Below, one piece after another: positions 1 through 9,745 of a stretch of 64,000 nt of DNA. The notes under the pieces were generated by a model. The model did no database searches, was not told where the DNA came from, and saw only the letters and a list, made by a program, of their open reading frames with translations. A program made the translations under genes and the position numbers. Source of the stretch: a virus (Duplodnaviria > Caudoviricetes); the IMG/VR virus record IMGVR_UViG_2675903334_000001; one strand, written 5' to 3'. The first letter of the stretch is position 1, and each line of letters begins with the position of its first letter.

Positions 1-1
1 G

Positions 2-256
2 GCGGGTATCAACTCGGGTGTCGAATCGTCGTGGGTGCGTTTGGATCTGCGCGGCATCGTGGCGGCTGCTGACGACAATGGCAAGAATCCGGCGACCGTG
101 ATTGTCGAAGCGAAGATCGATTCAACGATCGCCGAGGAGAGACAACAGACCACGTTGTTACGGCATTTGCTCGCTGAGATTCACAAACAGCGCGCGGGAT
201 CGATGGGACCGAATGGTGGCGGCGGCTCGGAAGACGACGACCTCGACGACATCTAG
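2..256 (+). CDS. Terminase small subunit, 5'-truncated by window
   Basis: Open frame from base 2; C-terminus (EERQQTTLLRHLLAEIHKQR...DDDLDDI) parallels prophage 2 TerS (QQRQQAEQMRKLITEVYRQR...DDDDVLAGI); overlaps terL. Confidence 0.75.
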   Translation, partial: AGINSGVESSWVRLDLRGIVAAADDNGKNPATVIVEAKIDSTIAEERQQTTLLRHLLAEIHKQRAGSMGPNGGGGSEDDDLDDI

Positions 257-1886
257 GTCGCCGGCCAAACGCGCGACCGCGCGGCGACCGAAAGCCGGTG
301 CACCGCCGAACAAACAAGACACACCGCCATGGGTGGGTGAGTGGCCGCGACTGACCGGACGGCAAGAACCCAAGCACGAGCATTCGTTCGCCGGTGACGA
401 AACCGATGGCGACCGTTGCGCACGGTTCGGGCACCGCATCACTAAACAGCGGTCGCTGCCATGGCAATGGCGCACGATGCGCAAGATCTTGAGTCGCCGC
501 TCAGACTATCTGTGGACGCATCCGGACGTGGTGCTGGTCTGCACCCGCCAGCAGGGCAAGACCCTGATTCTGGTGTTGCGCATCCTGTTCGGGCTGTTCA
601 TCCTCGGCGAGAACATCGCCTACACCGCGCAGCGCGGCAACACCTCCGACGCAGTGTTCAAACGTGTCAAGGCGATCATCAATTCGCGGCCGTCGCTGAA
701 AAACCGTGTGGTCTCAATGACCGGCGGAAAACAGGGCTTCGGTGAAATCGTAGTCCGATCGAAGCTCGGCACCGAGGTCACAGTGCAGTTCGGCGTTCGA
801 TCCGGCGACAAGGGCCGTGGTCTTGACCGGATTGATCTGGCGATTTTCGATGAGGCATACAACCTGACGCAGGACGAAGTTTCGGCGCTGCAGGGTGCAC
901 AGGTTGCGTCGGCGAACTCCCAAACGATCTACACGTCCACGGCGCCCGTGGAATCGGAGCATCCGAATTGCCACGTGTTCGCGGGTATGCGGCGCCGCGG
1001 GCTGAACAAGGACACAGATCTGTTGTTCATCGAGTTCGCGGCACCGGATCCGCCTAAGGATTCAGTCGAGCGCAAGGCGGCGCGTGAGGACCGCGAGAAC
1101 TGGCGTCTGGCCGAGCCGTCATATGGGGTGATTTCGAAAGAGCGCGATATCGAGCGGTTTTACAAGACAGCGGTCGAGAGCCGCGAGGCATCGAAGGTCG
1201 CGCTGTGGGAAGCCGACTTTCTCGGGTGGGGTGAGTGGCCGGCGGACGCCCGGTTCATTGACCCGGTCATCCCAATCAAGGAGGTGTGGGAGCCGTTGAC
1301 CGACTATGCGCCCGAACTTGTCGGGCAGAAAGTTTTGGCGGTGTCCCGTACGCGTGATCTGGCGCGGTGGGCTATCGCGGTGGGGCAGCGCACGATCGAA
1401 GGCCGTGTGCAGATCGAAATCGGCTACTACGAGAAAGCGACGATCGGGCAGGTCGCCGCGTACATTGTGCGGCTGATCGACCTGTGGGACCCGGCTGCGG
1501 TGGTCATCGACGATCACGATCCGGCGAAACCGCTGGCGCCGTATCTGAAAAAGCTGGGGATTGATGTCACGTTGACGACGACCGGACAGATCGCGGTCGC
1601 GTTCCAAGGCTTCGTGGACGCCGCAATGTCCGGTGACCTGGGACACACAAACCAGCCGATTCTGACTGAGGGTTTAGAGGTCGCGATGACCCGCGAACTG
1701 CCTCGGGGAGACAAGGTTTGGGACGACCGTGAAGGCTCAATTGCGCAGGTCATCGCGGTAACGATGGCGCATTGGGGTGTTCTGGAATTCGCCGAGGAAG
1801 ACTCGCCGGCCGCGCTGCCCTCGATGGGCTCCGCAAATCCCGAAACAACAAGTAGCCACTTCGACGCGCTGGGAGCCGCATTCTAA
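213..1886 (+). CDS. terL: Terminase large subunit
   Basis: Walker A RQQGKT, Walker B AIFDEA, C-terminal nuclease region; start at ATG 213 inferred. Confidence 0.93.
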   Translation: MVAAARKTTTSTTSRSPAKRATARRPKAGAPPNKQDTPPWVGEWPRLTGRQEPKHEHSFAGDETDGDRCARFGHRITKQRSLPWQWRTMRKILSRRSDYLWTHPDVVLVCTRQQGKTLILVLRILFGLFILGENIAYTAQRGNTSDAVFKRVKAIINSRPSLKNRVVSMTGGKQGFGEIVVRSKLGTEVTVQFGVRSGDKGRGLDRIDLAIFDEAYNLTQDEVSALQGAQVASANSQTIYTSTAPVESEHPNCHVFAGMRRRGLNKDTDLLFIEFAAPDPPKDSVERKAAREDRENWRLAEPSYGVISKERDIERFYKTAVESREASKVALWEADFLGWGEWPADARFIDPVIPIKEVWEPLTDYAPELVGQKVLAVSRTRDLARWAIAVGQRTIEGRVQIEIGYYEKATIGQVAAYIVRLIDLWDPAAVVIDDHDPAKPLAPYLKKLGIDVTLTTTGQIAVAFQGFVDAAMSGDLGHTNQPILTEGLEVAMTRELPRGDKVWDDREGSIAQVIAVTMAHWGVLEFAEEDSPAALPSMGSANPETTSSHFDALGAAF

Positions 1887-1936
1887 ATCCGCAGGTGCTG
1901 CCCTGTGCCGCAGCATGTTCGGATTGAGGGAGGCCG

Positions 1937-3316
1937 GTGACTAAGCGGGTCAAGACGGCTATGCCGGTCGGCGAATCGGGCTACGTGACCCCGTTCGTCG
2001 ACGGCTGGGTCAATTGGGATCCGTACGAAAAGGTTCCGGACCTGCAGCATCCGGCGTCGGTGTCGGTGTTCCTGGAGATGGATAACAACGACTCGCGTGT
2101 TTCGTCGCTGCTGGAAGCCATCAGCTTGCCGATTGTCGAAACCGGTTGGCGTATCGACCCGAACGGCGCGGACGCCGAGGTTGTGCAGTTCATTTCGCGG
2201 AACATGAATCTTCCGGTTGTCGGGTTCGATGAGGTCGACGACCCTGGTCGCTCGCGAGGCCGGTTCTCGTGGATTGATCACCTGCGCGAGGTTGCCTCAC
2301 CAACTGCACAATTCGGGCACGCCGTGTTCGAGCAGGTGTATCGGCGTGAGGCGGACGGCCGGTTCGTGCTGCGGAAGCTGGGGCCGCGACCGCAGTGGAC
2401 GATTCAGAAGTTCAACGTCGCGATGGACGGCGGGTTGGATTCGGTCACGCAGCTTGCGCCGGCGTCGTCCGGGCGCATCATGTATGGGCCGACGCCGCTT
2501 GATATTCCGATCAATCGGCTTGTGGTGTACACGCGGAACAAGCGGCCGGGGTATTGGCAGGGCCGTTCGATTCTGCGTTCGAGCTACAAGCATTGGCTGT
2601 TGAAAAACGAGCTGCTGCGCATCGAGGTTGTGGCGGCACGCCGCAACGGTATGGGTGTGCCGGTCGGTACCGCTTCGAAGCCGAACGATCCGCAGGAAGT
2701 CGCGGCGATGCAGAAAGTTGCCTCGGAATTTCAGGGCGGCATGGGATCCGGTGTTGGCCTCGCGAACGGCCAGTCGCTGGCGCTGCTCGGTGTACAGGGA
2801 AACTTGCCCGACATCCGTGCGGCAATCGTGTACCACGACAAGGCAATCGCGCTCGCCGGGCTGGCGCAATACATGAACCTCGATACCGGCGGAAGCTACG
2901 CGCTCGCCGCGGTGCAGGAACGACCGTTCGTGCAGGCCGAGAACGCTGCCGCCAAGTCCTACCGCGATATCGGGCAGGCGCACATCATCGAGGATCTGGT
3001 CGATATCAACTTCGGCACAGAGGCCCGAACGCCGCGCCTGGTGTTCGACAAGATCGGTTCGCAGCAGGACGCCACCGCAGCCGCGCTGAAAATGTTCGTT
3101 GAGGCGGGGCTGCTGGCCCCGGATCTGCGGATCGAACGCGCGTTGCGCCAATCGCTGGACCTGCCGGCCAAACCCGACGCGAACGACCCCGACGCCGCGC
3201 CCCCGAAAGAGCCTGATGCGCCCGCGATCCCGGTACCGCAAGAGACTGACACCGCCCGGAGCTCAGAGGACACCGAAGCGCAGGCGCTCGCGTTCGCGAA
3301 AGGAAGGTTGTTCTGA
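1937..3316 (+). CDS. Portal protein (DUF935-like)
   Basis: Follows terL; homologous to 56986-58377 (RGRFSW, LRKLGPRPQ, SYALA motifs). Confidence 0.9.
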   Translation: MTKRVKTAMPVGESGYVTPFVDGWVNWDPYEKVPDLQHPASVSVFLEMDNNDSRVSSLLEAISLPIVETGWRIDPNGADAEVVQFISRNMNLPVVGFDEVDDPGRSRGRFSWIDHLREVASPTAQFGHAVFEQVYRREADGRFVLRKLGPRPQWTIQKFNVAMDGGLDSVTQLAPASSGRIMYGPTPLDIPINRLVVYTRNKRPGYWQGRSILRSSYKHWLLKNELLRIEVVAARRNGMGVPVGTASKPNDPQEVAAMQKVASEFQGGMGSGVGLANGQSLALLGVQGNLPDIRAAIVYHDKAIALAGLAQYMNLDTGGSYALAAVQERPFVQAENAAAKSYRDIGQAHIIEDLVDINFGTEARTPRLVFDKIGSQQDATAAALKMFVEAGLLAPDLRIERALRQSLDLPAKPDANDPDAAPPKEPDAPAIPVPQETDTARSSEDTEAQALAFAKGRLF

Positions 3317-4572
3317 TGGCTCGTGAAAACCGTGAGTGGTACAAGTTCACTGTCGCGAAAGCCGTATCGGCAGAGGATAAGCCGACGGCCACGCTGCATA
3401 TCTACGACGAAATCGACTCATGGTTCGGCGTCAATGCCGAAGCGCTGGTCGTCGAAATTTCCGCGCTGGATCCGGAAACCGAACTGACGGTGCGGATCAA
3501 CTCGCCGGGCGGTAATGCGTTCGATGGCATCAACATCGCGAATGCGATCATGCGCCATCCCGGCAAGACCATCACCTACGTCGACGGGCTGGCCGCATCG
3601 GCTGCCAGCGTAATCGCGGTGGCCAGCGACGAAGTTGTGGTCTCCAAGTACGGGCAGGCGATGGTGCATGACGCCCGATCCGGCCAATACGGCACCGCGA
3701 AAGACCTGCGCAGCGTCGCCGATCATCTCGAAAAGCTGTCGTCGAGCTACGCCAATCTCTACGCCGACCGCGCCGGCGGAACCGCAGAGGAGTGGGCGCA
3801 GGCCATGGCCGACGAAACCTGGTACACCGCCGAAGAAATGGTCGTTGCTGGTCTAGCGACACGCATCGACGATTCCGGGGCTCGTGCAGATACCGAACAG
3901 GCGGTCGCCTCGGCGCTGGCCAGCTCGTCCTACAAGTTCAAGTACTCCGGCCGTCCGGCCGCACCCGCGCCGGTGGCGCGGGCCGACAACGCCGGGGCGT
4001 CCGCTTCGGCGAATATCTCGAAGGAGGGCCACGTGCCTGACATCAAGGAGGACGTCGCAAAGCGGCTCGGTCTTGGACCGGACGCCACCGACGAAGACGT
4101 GCTTGCCGCACTCGACAAGCTGGCAGGTATCGAGCAGGAAGACACCGCCGGGGACAGCACCACCGCCGGCGATAACGCCGCCGAGACCGGCGCCGATACC
4201 GCGGTCGACGGTAAGGAACTGGTTGCCGCGGCAGCCAAGGCCGGTTTGGTGCTGATGGACCCGGCGCGGGTGTCCAAGCTCGAATCTGATGCTGCTGCGG
4301 GCGCGCTGGCCCGCGCAACGCAGATCGCGGAGGCACATGCCCAGGTCGTGGACGCTGCGGTCGCAAAGGGCAAGATCACGGCGCCGCGCCGCGATGCTTT
4401 CCTGGCGCTGATGAAGGCGGACCCGGAAGGCACTACGGCCCTGCTGGATTCGATTCCGGCTGAGACCGCAGTGCCGCTGACCGAAGTCGGTCACGGTACC
4501 GAGGCGCAGGCATCGGCCAGCGCGGAAGACGAAATCCGCAACGACCCTCGATTCAAGAATTGGAGTTTCTGA
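3316..4572 (+). CDS. ClpP-like head maturation protease with C-terminal scaffold
   Basis: IYDEID, RINSPGG, DGLAASAASVI, MVHD ClpP motifs, then helical acidic/Ala-rich tail. Confidence 0.92.
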   Translation: MARENREWYKFTVAKAVSAEDKPTATLHIYDEIDSWFGVNAEALVVEISALDPETELTVRINSPGGNAFDGINIANAIMRHPGKTITYVDGLAASAASVIAVASDEVVVSKYGQAMVHDARSGQYGTAKDLRSVADHLEKLSSSYANLYADRAGGTAEEWAQAMADETWYTAEEMVVAGLATRIDDSGARADTEQAVASALASSSYKFKYSGRPAAPAPVARADNAGASASANISKEGHVPDIKEDVAKRLGLGPDATDEDVLAALDKLAGIEQEDTAGDSTTAGDNAAETGADTAVDGKELVAAAAKAGLVLMDPARVSKLESDAAAGALARATQIAEAHAQVVDAAVAKGKITAPRRDAFLALMKADPEGTTALLDSIPAETAVPLTEVGHGTEAQASASAEDEIRNDPRFKNWSF

Positions 4573-4573
4573 C

Positions 4574-5026
4574 ATGCCCGGAATTACTCAGGTCACCAAG
4601 ACGGGACCGCGGACATACACCCCGAAGGCTGGCGTTTCGATCAAGGGCGGCCAGCTCGTCGAAGGCGTCACCGGTGGCCGAATTCAGCCCGCCGCCGCGG
4701 GTTCGTTCAAGGTTGTCGGTGTCGCGCTGACCGACGCGATCGCGCCCGAAGATCTCGTGCTCGCGCCGACCACGGGCGGTGACGGGCGCCCGGTGCTGAA
4801 CACGGCGGTGCTGCCGACCAAGGTGGCGTGCGCATACGGCGGCACGGAAGTGCCCGTCACCTACGCGGCGGATGCGGCGTTCGGGGAGCTGCTGATCGCG
4901 GCTGCGAACGGCACCGTGACTCCGGCGGGCGCGACACCGGACGCGCGAACCATCGTCGGCCGCTGCACCGAACCCGGTGGTGTGGTCGTAGCAACCAAGG
5001 CCGTCGGCCTCTTCCGGACCGTCTGA
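4574..5026 (+). CDS. Capsid decoration/cement protein
   Basis: Small Gly/Ala/Val-rich protein between protease and capsid gene; positional equivalent of 59631-60008. Confidence 0.7.
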   Translation: MPGITQVTKTGPRTYTPKAGVSIKGGQLVEGVTGGRIQPAAAGSFKVVGVALTDAIAPEDLVLAPTTGGDGRPVLNTAVLPTKVACAYGGTEVPVTYAADAAFGELLIAAANGTVTPAGATPDARTIVGRCTEPGGVVVATKAVGLFRTV

Positions 5027-5057
5027 GTTGGACTGAAATAGCAAGGGAGACAGAATA

Positions 5058-6002
5058 ATGCCTACAACCCCTATCGTCAGCATCAGCGACGGCCCCCGGC
5101 TCACAGTGTCGGAAATGGTCGGCAATCCGCTGTGGATTCCGACGAAGATTAAGCAGCTGCTGACTAATGTTTTCATCTCGCAGACGTTGTTCCGTAACGG
5201 CGGCGGCAATAAGAACGGAGTCGTGGCGTACCGGCAGGGAGACCCGATCTTCCTGGACGGTGAGCCCGAGGACGTCGCCGAGTTCGGGGAGATCCCGGTC
5301 GCGGCCGGCCGCAAGGGCTCCGCGCTGTTCGCTGTGGCGAACAAGAAGGGCCTAGGTGTCCGGGTCTCTAAGGAGATGATCGACGAGAACGACGTCGACA
5401 GCGTGAACCTGCAGATTACGCAGTTGGTCAACACGTTCAAGCGTTCCGACGACCGTGTGTTCCGTGCACTAACTCAGGCCAGTGCCGTTCCGACCATGGC
5501 GGTTTCCGCGGCGTGGGACACCGCCAACGGCAATCCGCGCATCGACATTGCTCGCGGGATCGAAAAGGTCATGAATGCGGCCCCGTCGATCGCTGAGGGT
5601 GGCAGCGCTGAGGAATGGTTCGGATTCGAGCCCGACACGATGGTGATGAATCCCGGCCTGCTGCCGGTCTTGATGGACAACGAGAAGTTCCTGAAGGTCT
5701 ATCAGGGCAATATCGCGAACGAGAACATCCAGTACACCGGCAAGCTGCCCGGCAAGGTGTTCGACCTCGACATCCTCGGCGCACGCGGATATCCGACTGA
5801 CCGAATCTGGGTCGGGCAGAAGGGTGTGACCGGGTTCTACTCGGACACGCGCGCGTTCCAAGTCACCGGCCTGTATCCGGAGGGCAACGGCCCCAACGGT
5901 GGCCCGACCGAGTCTCACCGTTGCGACGCGACGCGCAAGACCGCCTACGCGTTGGATCAGCCGAAGGCCGGTATCTGGCTGACTGGGTTGGTGACCCCGT
6001 GA
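5058..6002 (+). CDS. Major capsid protein
   Basis: 314 aa, RBS GGGAG, position; homologous to 60024-60929 (GAIIY/GVVAY, dipeptide SD/SK-E-I-N-D pattern). Confidence 0.88.
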   Translation: MPTTPIVSISDGPRLTVSEMVGNPLWIPTKIKQLLTNVFISQTLFRNGGGNKNGVVAYRQGDPIFLDGEPEDVAEFGEIPVAAGRKGSALFAVANKKGLGVRVSKEMIDENDVDSVNLQITQLVNTFKRSDDRVFRALTQASAVPTMAVSAAWDTANGNPRIDIARGIEKVMNAAPSIAEGGSAEEWFGFEPDTMVMNPGLLPVLMDNEKFLKVYQGNIANENIQYTGKLPGKVFDLDILGARGYPTDRIWVGQKGVTGFYSDTRAFQVTGLYPEGNGPNGGPTESHRCDATRKTAYALDQPKAGIWLTGLVTP

Positions 6003-6418
6003 CAGCCGAATACGTTCTGACAGCGGATTTCCTGCGACGTCTGGACGACAAGGGGGTATGGCGTGAACTTAAGCGCGGCGCCATCCTCTCTGATCTCGAT
6101 GACGACGACGTCCGCCGCCTCACCGCGGCGGGCGCCATCGTCGACCGCGAGACGTGGGAACGGGCACAGGCCGAAGCCGAAGCCGCCGCAGCGGCAACCG
6201 AAGCGCTTGCCGCCGATGACGGCGGTGACGAAACAGCCGGTGGTGGAGGCAGCGACGGTAGTTGGGATTCGGTGGTGTTGGCACCGGGCGATGGCATCGA
6301 GCGGCCGAAGTCGGCGAACTCGACAGAGGTGTGGCGCAAGTACGCCGTAGATCGTGGTATCCCCGCTGAGCAGGCCGCGAAGATGAGCAAGACCCAAATC
6401 AAGGCTGCGACAAGGTAA
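5999..6418 (+). CDS. Head-associated hypothetical protein with short C-terminal helical domain
   Basis: GTG overlapping capsid stop; acidic linker plus terminal helical motif, like 60976-61440. Confidence 0.65.
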   Translation: MTAEYVLTADFLRRLDDKGVWRELKRGAILSDLDDDDVRRLTAAGAIVDRETWERAQAEAEAAAAATEALAADDGGDETAGGGGSDGSWDSVVLAPGDGIERPKSANSTEVWRKYAVDRGIPAEQAAKMSKTQIKAATR

Positions 6419-6424
6419 ATCGCT

Positions 6425-6820
6425 GTGGCCGATGTAACGCCTTTCCTGACCGTCGCCGAATTCGAGGGCATGTTCCGCCCTCTGTCGGTGACGGAACGGG
6501 CGCTCGCCGAGGTGTTGGTTCGGGCAGCCGCCGCATGGATCCGTAGTCCTTCGCGGCTGCCCGACCTGCCCTCGACTGACGAGCGCGGCAAGCTCGTAAC
6601 CTACGACGTCGTCAAGGCCATGTTCGGGCCTGAGGGCGTCACAGATTCTCGGGTGCTGGAACTGACCCGTACCACCGATGACCGCACGACCACGGTCAAG
6701 ATGGCGCAAGCCGCGCAGCTGCTGGACTTCACCGAACGTCACCTGCAGATGCTGGGTCTATCGCCTACTGCGGCGCCGCAGGCCACATTCACCGGATACT
6801 CGCAGGCTGAGCCATGGTGA
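6425..6820 (+). CDS. Head-to-tail adaptor
   Basis: MADVTPFLTVAEFEGMFRPL resembles prophage 2 adaptor MAEFLDVEAFAAMYQPL. Confidence 0.8.
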   Translation: MADVTPFLTVAEFEGMFRPLSVTERALAEVLVRAAAAWIRSPSRLPDLPSTDERGKLVTYDVVKAMFGPEGVTDSRVLELTRTTDDRTTTVKMAQAAQLLDFTERHLQMLGLSPTAAPQATFTGYSQAEPW

Positions 6821-7500
6821 GCATGTTTGATCCCGGCCCCGACACCGTCACGCTGGTCAAGCGCGACCCGGTAACCGACGCTGGTGCCCCGGTCGTCGAC
6901 GCCTGGGGGCGGCCGACCTACACCGAGCGCCGTATCCCGAAGGACCGGTGCAGCTGGGCTGAGCACCCGGCCATCGAGGAAATCGCCGGCACTCAGGTCG
7001 CGATCGTGAATGCGGTCGGGCATCTGATCGTGGACGCGGACACCGAAACGCTCACTGCTCGTGACGCCGTCGAGTTCGGGGCTCGGCTGTTCGAAATGCA
7101 GTCGCCGGGTGTTCGCCGCGTCGACCTGGACCGCAACCTCAGTCATGTACGCGTGGAAGCCCGGTTCTGTGAAGACGTCAGCCTCGGCGAACAGGTCACC
7201 ATCATCGCTGCCGGCCGACGCGGCGACCGCGGCACGATAGAGCCCGACGGCACTCCGGTCACCGTGACCGCTCGTGCGGTCGTCAGGGGCAGTCAGCGGC
7301 AGAGGTTCGGTGCCACCGGCGAGGTTGTCGCCGCCGCATTCACCGTCGTCTTCGATCTCGATACGGAGATCCGAGATAACGATTGGCTGATCGTTCGTGG
7401 CCGCGAGTGCCGCGCGCTGGTCGGTGTGCAGCTGTCCCAGTGGGCTGACCGCAACCAGCTTGTGGTGCTGGCGCAGTCCGCGAAGGGCGGTATCGGCTGA
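6814..7500 (+). CDS. Head closure/stopper protein, apparently two tandem domains
   Basis: N-half aligns by eye with 61807-62214; C-half is a second beta-rich stopper-like unit. Confidence 0.65.
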   Translation: MVSMFDPGPDTVTLVKRDPVTDAGAPVVDAWGRPTYTERRIPKDRCSWAEHPAIEEIAGTQVAIVNAVGHLIVDADTETLTARDAVEFGARLFEMQSPGVRRVDLDRNLSHVRVEARFCEDVSLGEQVTIIAAGRRGDRGTIEPDGTPVTVTARAVVRGSQRQRFGATGEVVAAAFTVVFDLDTEIRDNDWLIVRGRECRALVGVQLSQWADRNQLVVLAQSAKGGIG

Positions 7501-7742
7501 TGGCACCGCAAGGCAAGTTTCGGCTGAACAAGAAAACTATCGCGTACATCGCGAAGAACGATCAGGGCCTGGGCAAGGCGCTCGACGCGGTCGCGGACCC
7601 GGCAGCAGAGAAGGCGGGCGCCACGGTCGAGGAGTACGTCACCGACCGGCAGGTCCGCGGTATCCACGGCAAAAAGGAAGACCAGGCCAAACACGGCGCG
7701 GTGTCGAAAGCATTTGGACGCCTGGGATTGAGGTTGCGATGA
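7500..7742 (+). CDS. Neck/tail completion protein
   Basis: 80 aa basic protein in neck gene position, coupled start/stop overlaps. Confidence 0.6.
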   Translation: MAPQGKFRLNKKTIAYIAKNDQGLGKALDAVADPAAEKAGATVEEYVTDRQVRGIHGKKEDQAKHGAVSKAFGRLGLRLR

Positions 7743-8161
7743 GAGAGCACGCAGACATCCGCAACAATTTCGCGGACGCCGTGGAGACGTTTCTCGCGCT
7801 GGCCCCGAACGTCAACCTGTTCGGCAGCGTCTGCCGGGTAGCCGTCGAGGAAGTGCCCCAAGACTGGAGCCTTCGCACCGGTCCGCCGCTGGTCACCGTG
7901 CACGATGACGGCGGTCCAGAACAGTGGCCCATCAAACGTGACGCGACGATCCGGATCACCGTGCGTGCACGGGGCTCTGATCTGGCCGACCGCGTCGCGC
8001 GCCGAGTGCACGGCTATCTGCACGACAACCGCCCGCCAGGGGTCGCACACGTGTTCCGCAACGGCGGAAGCGTGTTCGTCACTGCGCGGGACACCGACAC
8101 CGGCGCCGACATGGCGTCGTTCACCGTCCCCGCGGCGGTGCGCACCATCGAAACCGTCTAA
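7739..8161 (+). CDS. Tail terminator protein
   Basis: ATGA overlap; PLVTVHDDGGP...TIRITVRA pattern; directly precedes major tail gene. Confidence 0.7.
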   Translation: MREHADIRNNFADAVETFLALAPNVNLFGSVCRVAVEEVPQDWSLRTGPPLVTVHDDGGPEQWPIKRDATIRITVRARGSDLADRVARRVHGYLHDNRPPGVAHVFRNGGSVFVTARDTDTGADMASFTVPAAVRTIETV

Positions 8162-8181
8162 GAGACAAGGAGACAGCACCA

Positions 8182-8724
8182 ATGGCTGGCAATCCCGACA
8201 ATGTGAAGCTCTATACAGAGGCCGACGTACTGCTGTGGATGGGTTCGGCGGCACCGACTACGGCGGACCTGCCCGCGGCCATCACCGATCCGTTCGTGAC
8301 GACCACCGGCAAGTGGGCGTTCCTCGGCCTGCTGGTAGGCGATGCGGGTATCGATACTCAGCGCGAATGGGACGAGAAGGACATCCCGGCATGGGGTTAC
8401 GGCACGATCATCGTCGCGTCGAAGGACTTCAAGCTCACCCGCAAGGTGTCCGCACTGGAGGACAACCCTGCGATGCAGCGGATCCTGTGGAACGGCTCGA
8501 CCGAAACCGAAATCGTTGTGCCGAATCCGCTGTACGAGTACGTGGCATTCGAGAAGCGCACCGCCAGCGGCGAAATCCGGCGCGAGATTTCCAAGCGGCC
8601 GGCGCGGTTCTGGACGCCGAACATCAAGGACGCCGAGGGCGACGCGACTCCCCGCGAAATCGAGTGCCGGATTTTCCCGGACTCTGCCCGCAAGCTGTTC
8701 GCCGCGCAGCAGACCGCCGCATAG
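8182..8724 (+). CDS. Major tail protein
   Basis: Strong RBS AAGGAG; WAFLGLLVGDAG and AWGYG motifs typical of actinophage tail tubes. Confidence 0.82.
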   Translation: MAGNPDNVKLYTEADVLLWMGSAAPTTADLPAAITDPFVTTTGKWAFLGLLVGDAGIDTQREWDEKDIPAWGYGTIIVASKDFKLTRKVSALEDNPAMQRILWNGSTETEIVVPNPLYEYVAFEKRTASGEIRREISKRPARFWTPNIKDAEGDATPREIECRIFPDSARKLFAAQQTAA

Positions 8725-8740
8725 AAAGGGGGCACTCAAA

Positions 8741-9025
8741 GTGAAGACGATCGAGTTGCTTGTCAACAAGCCCGAATTCCTTAAGGGCTCAGTCATCACC
8801 GTCGACGATGTGTCGGCTGCGGTGCTGATCGAGAAGGAAGAGGCCAAGCCGTACGAGCTCGCCACAGACGCAGCGGACACCGACGGCGCACCGAAGGTCA
8901 AGCGGGGGCGTCGAAGCCGCGGCACGTCGCAATCGGTGAACGTCGCCGAACCGGATATGCCGAACACCGAAGCCGATACCGGCGACGGTGAGGTCGATGG
9001 TGAAGGTGGCGGCGAAAACGTCTGA
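8741..9025 (+). CDS. Hypothetical protein (acidic C-terminus)
   Basis: RBS AAAGGGGG, GTG start, MKTIELLVNK...GENV. Confidence 0.65.
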   Translation: MKTIELLVNKPEFLKGSVITVDDVSAAVLIEKEEAKPYELATDAADTDGAPKVKRGRRSRGTSQSVNVAEPDMPNTEADTGDGEVDGEGGGENV

Positions 9026-9740
9026 CGCCGCACGGCTGGAAGCGCTGGGCGCGACCGAAGCCGAAGCACAGTTCCGCGGCCACACCATCCGGGTTCCCCT
9101 GAACCTGGAGGTGTGGCCGCTCAGTCTTGTACGCGAACGCCCTTTTGACGCCGTCGATTACCTGCTCAACGGGCAGGGATGCGGACTGGGCGATAACGCC
9201 ACGGTCGATGACTACCGCGAACTGTCGGACGCGATGGCTGAGGCTGTCGGGGTGTTGCGGCTACCGGAAACACCGGCAGCGCCGGACCAATGGTTCGGTG
9301 GCATACCGACATTGGTCAACATCCTGGACCACTACGAGGACGACCTCGTGAGTGATCTACGCAGGTTCTGGGGCGTGGACTATGCCGAACGTTTCAGGGG
9401 CACTTTGTCATTGCGTCAGATCTGGACGTACATTCGCCGGCTGGATCCGAAGTCGGCGATCGTGCGCGCGCAGAACGGTGGCAAAGAATTTTGGACTGAG
9501 CAAATGTTCATTCTCGCGTCCGTATACCAAGCGCTTACAGGTGAAATATATCCGGGTCGGCCGTTGCGTCAGCACGAGATAGCAAAGGCGCTGGAAGCTA
9601 TGCAGGCGAAAGTCGATCATGTCGCTAACTTGAAGGCACGAGAAGCCGCGTACGCCGCGAAGTCGTCGCCCACGGCGCCAGCGGTCTCGGCTATGGAACA
9701 GGCAATTGCGAACCGGCGACATGAACTAGGAAAACGCTGA
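9006..9740 (+). CDS. Tail assembly chaperone, in-frame G+T type
   Basis: N-part FRGHTIRVP...WPLSL (G-like), C-part DLRRFWGVDY...SLRQIWTYIRRLDPKSAIVRA (T-like); start may be 8997 or 9006. Confidence 0.7.
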   Translation: MAAKTSDAARLEALGATEAEAQFRGHTIRVPLNLEVWPLSLVRERPFDAVDYLLNGQGCGLGDNATVDDYRELSDAMAEAVGVLRLPETPAAPDQWFGGIPTLVNILDHYEDDLVSDLRRFWGVDYAERFRGTLSLRQIWTYIRRLDPKSAIVRAQNGGKEFWTEQMFILASVYQALTGEIYPGRPLRQHEIAKALEAMQAKVDHVANLKAREAAYAAKSSPTAPAVSAMEQAIANRRHELGKR

Positions 9741-9745
9741 ACACC

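Noticed and set aside
1850-1886. ssrA-like degron on both terminases (FDALGAAF / FDAMSAAF)
   Set aside because: The terminal residue is Phe; a conserved terminase tail (e.g. portal docking) is more likely.
1893-1927. Hairpin between terL and portal as a terminator
   Set aside because: Interrupted stem with no U-tract, in the middle of the late operon; at most an mRNA stability element.
8990-9030. Programmed -1 frameshift linking 8741-9025 to the next ORF
   Set aside because: The frames differ by +1 and there is no XXXYYYZ heptamer.
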